64,000 nt of DNA. It comes from Tubulanus polymorphus. Its lineage: Eukaryota > Animalia > Nemertea. The stretch is from assembly GCF_964204645.1 (NCBI RefSeq), contig NC_134026.1, positions 4,301,950-4,365,949 of the forward strand. Direction: 5' to 3'. Numbering within the stretch: position 1 is the stretch's first letter; the number at the start of each line of letters is the position of its first letter. A program made the position numbers and the translations under genes. Shown here in pieces: positions 61,449 to 64,000 of the stretch. Under the pieces are notes generated by a model, which was not told where the DNA came from, ran no database searches, and saw only the letters and a list, made by a program, of their open reading frames with translations.

Positions 61449-62394
61449 ATACAGTAGGTGTGATACGTAGTTCTAACTAACTGAGGCATCATAGTTTATA
61501 TCTTCTTTTAAGAGAATCATTTCAAGATTTGATATCGGATTTTCGTCATCAATCATCGATGGCCTGCATTAAGTAGTGACACGATTTATACACCCAATCG
61601 CTTCATAGAACAGATAAAAATTGATTAAGAACTTAACTCAAATTTCCAAAGCTTTAATTGATGTTTTGAAACGCCAATATTGATGACGTAATGCGTATCT
61701 ACTCATTAAACAGTACCCCTTGAATAACGCATAGTACTTATCAATAAACATGTGTAGTCCGTAACGCAGAATTTTTCAACATTTCCGTAACGGTTTTTAC
61801 GACTTCAAAAAATCGTTTGTGTATAAAATTCAAAACCTGAATGGAATTTTTCGAATGGCAGTAAAATTACCATCGTGTGATTAATTTACGGTGTTTTAAT
61901 GAATTTTTCTAATCCAACGCGCAATAAACAATCATTATTTTGCCATATATTTTGACGAACGGACTTAGCAGAGGCGGTGGAGAAATAACGATGCTTCTTT
62001 ATTGGACGAGTTATGACGTGGTATTGTTCTCTCCGCTATTGCCTGAAGGCCATTTCACGCCGATATCATATAAAACATCTTTACCTTAGACGAGGGAAGG
62101 AGGAAGGGAATGATGGAGAGAAGGAGATTTCTGCTCTTATATCTAAGTTATAATCAATAGTCTTTATCATTCCGAGTATACGGTCTTGATGATAATGGAA
62201 ATGAGTAGTAAGCATTAAGTAGGCATAAAAGACTTCATATAAAACTAGTCGATAGTCTGCTTATATAGAACTTAATGACACGTAAATCGTCGTTTTATGT
62301 CCTATCATTGAAAGTTTATTTCCTGGTTGTTATTTTACAGCTTTGATACGAATGACAAATCTAGATCGAAATGAGTCACCTTTTCTGTCACCTA

Positions 62395-62525
62395 GAGCTG
62401 GTTCCATAGTCCAGACTTTAGCAAAAGTGGTTTTAATTCTTCGGACTGGTATTAAATTGTTAAATTGGCTATCCAGATGATCTTAGACTGGTCTCAAGTC
62501 TAAGCCGTGACTATAAAACCGGTCC
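62395..62525. mobile_element. Diverged copy of the 14336-14473 Harbinger-like MITE
   Basis: Shares CAAAAGTGGTTTTAA...TTGTTAAATTGGCTAT...TCTTAGACTGGTCTCAAGTCTAAGCCGTGACTAT with the PRXL2C intron copy. Confidence 0.75.
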
Positions 62526-64000
62526 TAAACTACGTTTTGCGCTATTATTTAGGTTTCTCATATAGGTTTTTCTCAAGACTTTTTGATTGATTTTGTCAAA
62601 TGATCCAATAACAGGTTTAAATGAAACTTGGACGTATCGATATATCTGATCGGTGTATAGAGTCAGGATGAATTCTAGTATTTTTTGTATGATCTTCCTT
62701 TCTTATCCATTCATCCGTTTTTCTTATCGAATGAAAATGAAAATGAAATTTCCACTTGATTGTCGCTGTGCCTGTATATCGGGTGTAGATGATGAAAAAT
62801 AGCGTGGTGTCGTAAAGTTCTTTGATAGAAGTCGTAAATAAAGGTATGCGAGGAGACTAGAGCCGTAGATAATGGTATCATCAATAGTGACTTTATCAGA
62901 TAATCGCCCATCAGAACTAATATGAATAATCATTACATTAATTGTCGTGATTAATTGTAAGAACAGTCTCTCTTACCCTCGTGTAGCACTACGTGTGCTT
63001 GAGATAAATGTTTGGTAAGCAGGATAAATGATCGAAACAATAAATTATCTATACCAGCGAAATACGACTAACTAATTACTATAATCGAACTCCATGGACC
63101 AGGAAAATGATATCCAAAATCATGGTATATTCTTCTGTTTCAAATGAGACGGAAAGGTTAGAACAAACAATAGGCCTATTGAATGACCGGTTTTTAGACG
63201 TAACTTGAAAGTTAGGGCCATCGAACGAAGTTGGGGCCATACATACATCTGCCAAAAATATTTTCACGAGCGGTATCCAGCCACCCAGCGATTTCTCTCT
63301 ACTTTAGGATCCTATATTGAAATGCTTATTTATTTTGGTACACAATGAAATAAAAGGTTTGATACGTCTTCCAAAATAGAAATGTTTTGCAACCGCAGAG
63401 ATAATTATAGAAAAATACATACCAATAAGAAAAACTCAAGAACATCGTCCATTATCATCAATCCGTCGTTATAACCCCTGAATTTGACCAGTCGTTGCTT
63501 CGGCATAAGATTTCTAAAAGCTGGGCAGATTTAACGCGATAGCTGTGACAAAACCCGTTTTAACGATTGAGAACATTTGACTTGAGCTGCGCTCGCAGCG
63601 AATCCTTTCAATAATCTGCTGAAACATTAAACTACTGCCGCGGAGTTCTCAGTTTTTATCCTTAAGAATGACGCATGAATAAAATAGCGCACAACGAATC
63701 ACGCAAGGCCAATGCAGTCTCCCATACCGAGTACCATTGTCATTCAAGTTAGAATTTAATTAAAAAATAATTCGATTTCTTATCTTGGGATTGAAATTTT
63801 GGTTCGTCGGTGATAAAACGGACGAGTGTACCCATATAAGTGGGCTTAGATTTATAACACTGTTTCTGGTTTGAGGTAAGGCTCGAAGATGCCAGGCATC
63901 CATTATCCACTACTATACCTGATCGTGCGATATTATCATAGAAAATGACATTTTAATGTTTTTTTCTGTTGAATTATCATCGCGATTGGCAACGCTAGCT

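Overview
AT-rich, intron-rich animal genomic DNA. Gene content (Repo, alpha-type octopamine receptor, invertebrate-style kringles) suggests a compact invertebrate genome, probably lophotrochozoan; this is inference and the species cannot be determined. Bases 1-22 kb are a dense housekeeping block: TAX1BP3 (+), GALC (-), PRIM2 (-), PRXL2C/AAED1 (+), NDC1 (-) and PRR5/Protor (+). It is followed by an apparently uncharacterised secreted protein of about 791 aa made of a signal peptide plus ten one-exon-each six-cysteine PAN/apple-like domains (+, 22.4-28.7 kb). Next come a Repo-type paired-class homeobox gene (+) with candidate Gcm and homeodomain sites upstream and a perfect 324-bp palindrome just 5' of its ATG, and an alpha-type octopamine receptor (-) with an uninterrupted CDS. 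A ~20-kb CpG-rich stretch without convincing coding sequence follows, then a small secreted two-kringle gene (-) with candidate micro-exons. Many short non-autonomous DNA transposons (MITEs) lie in introns, including a Harbinger-like family whose flanks resemble a known site-specific target. All gene models were assembled by eye from splice signals and recalled homology; no database searches were run.
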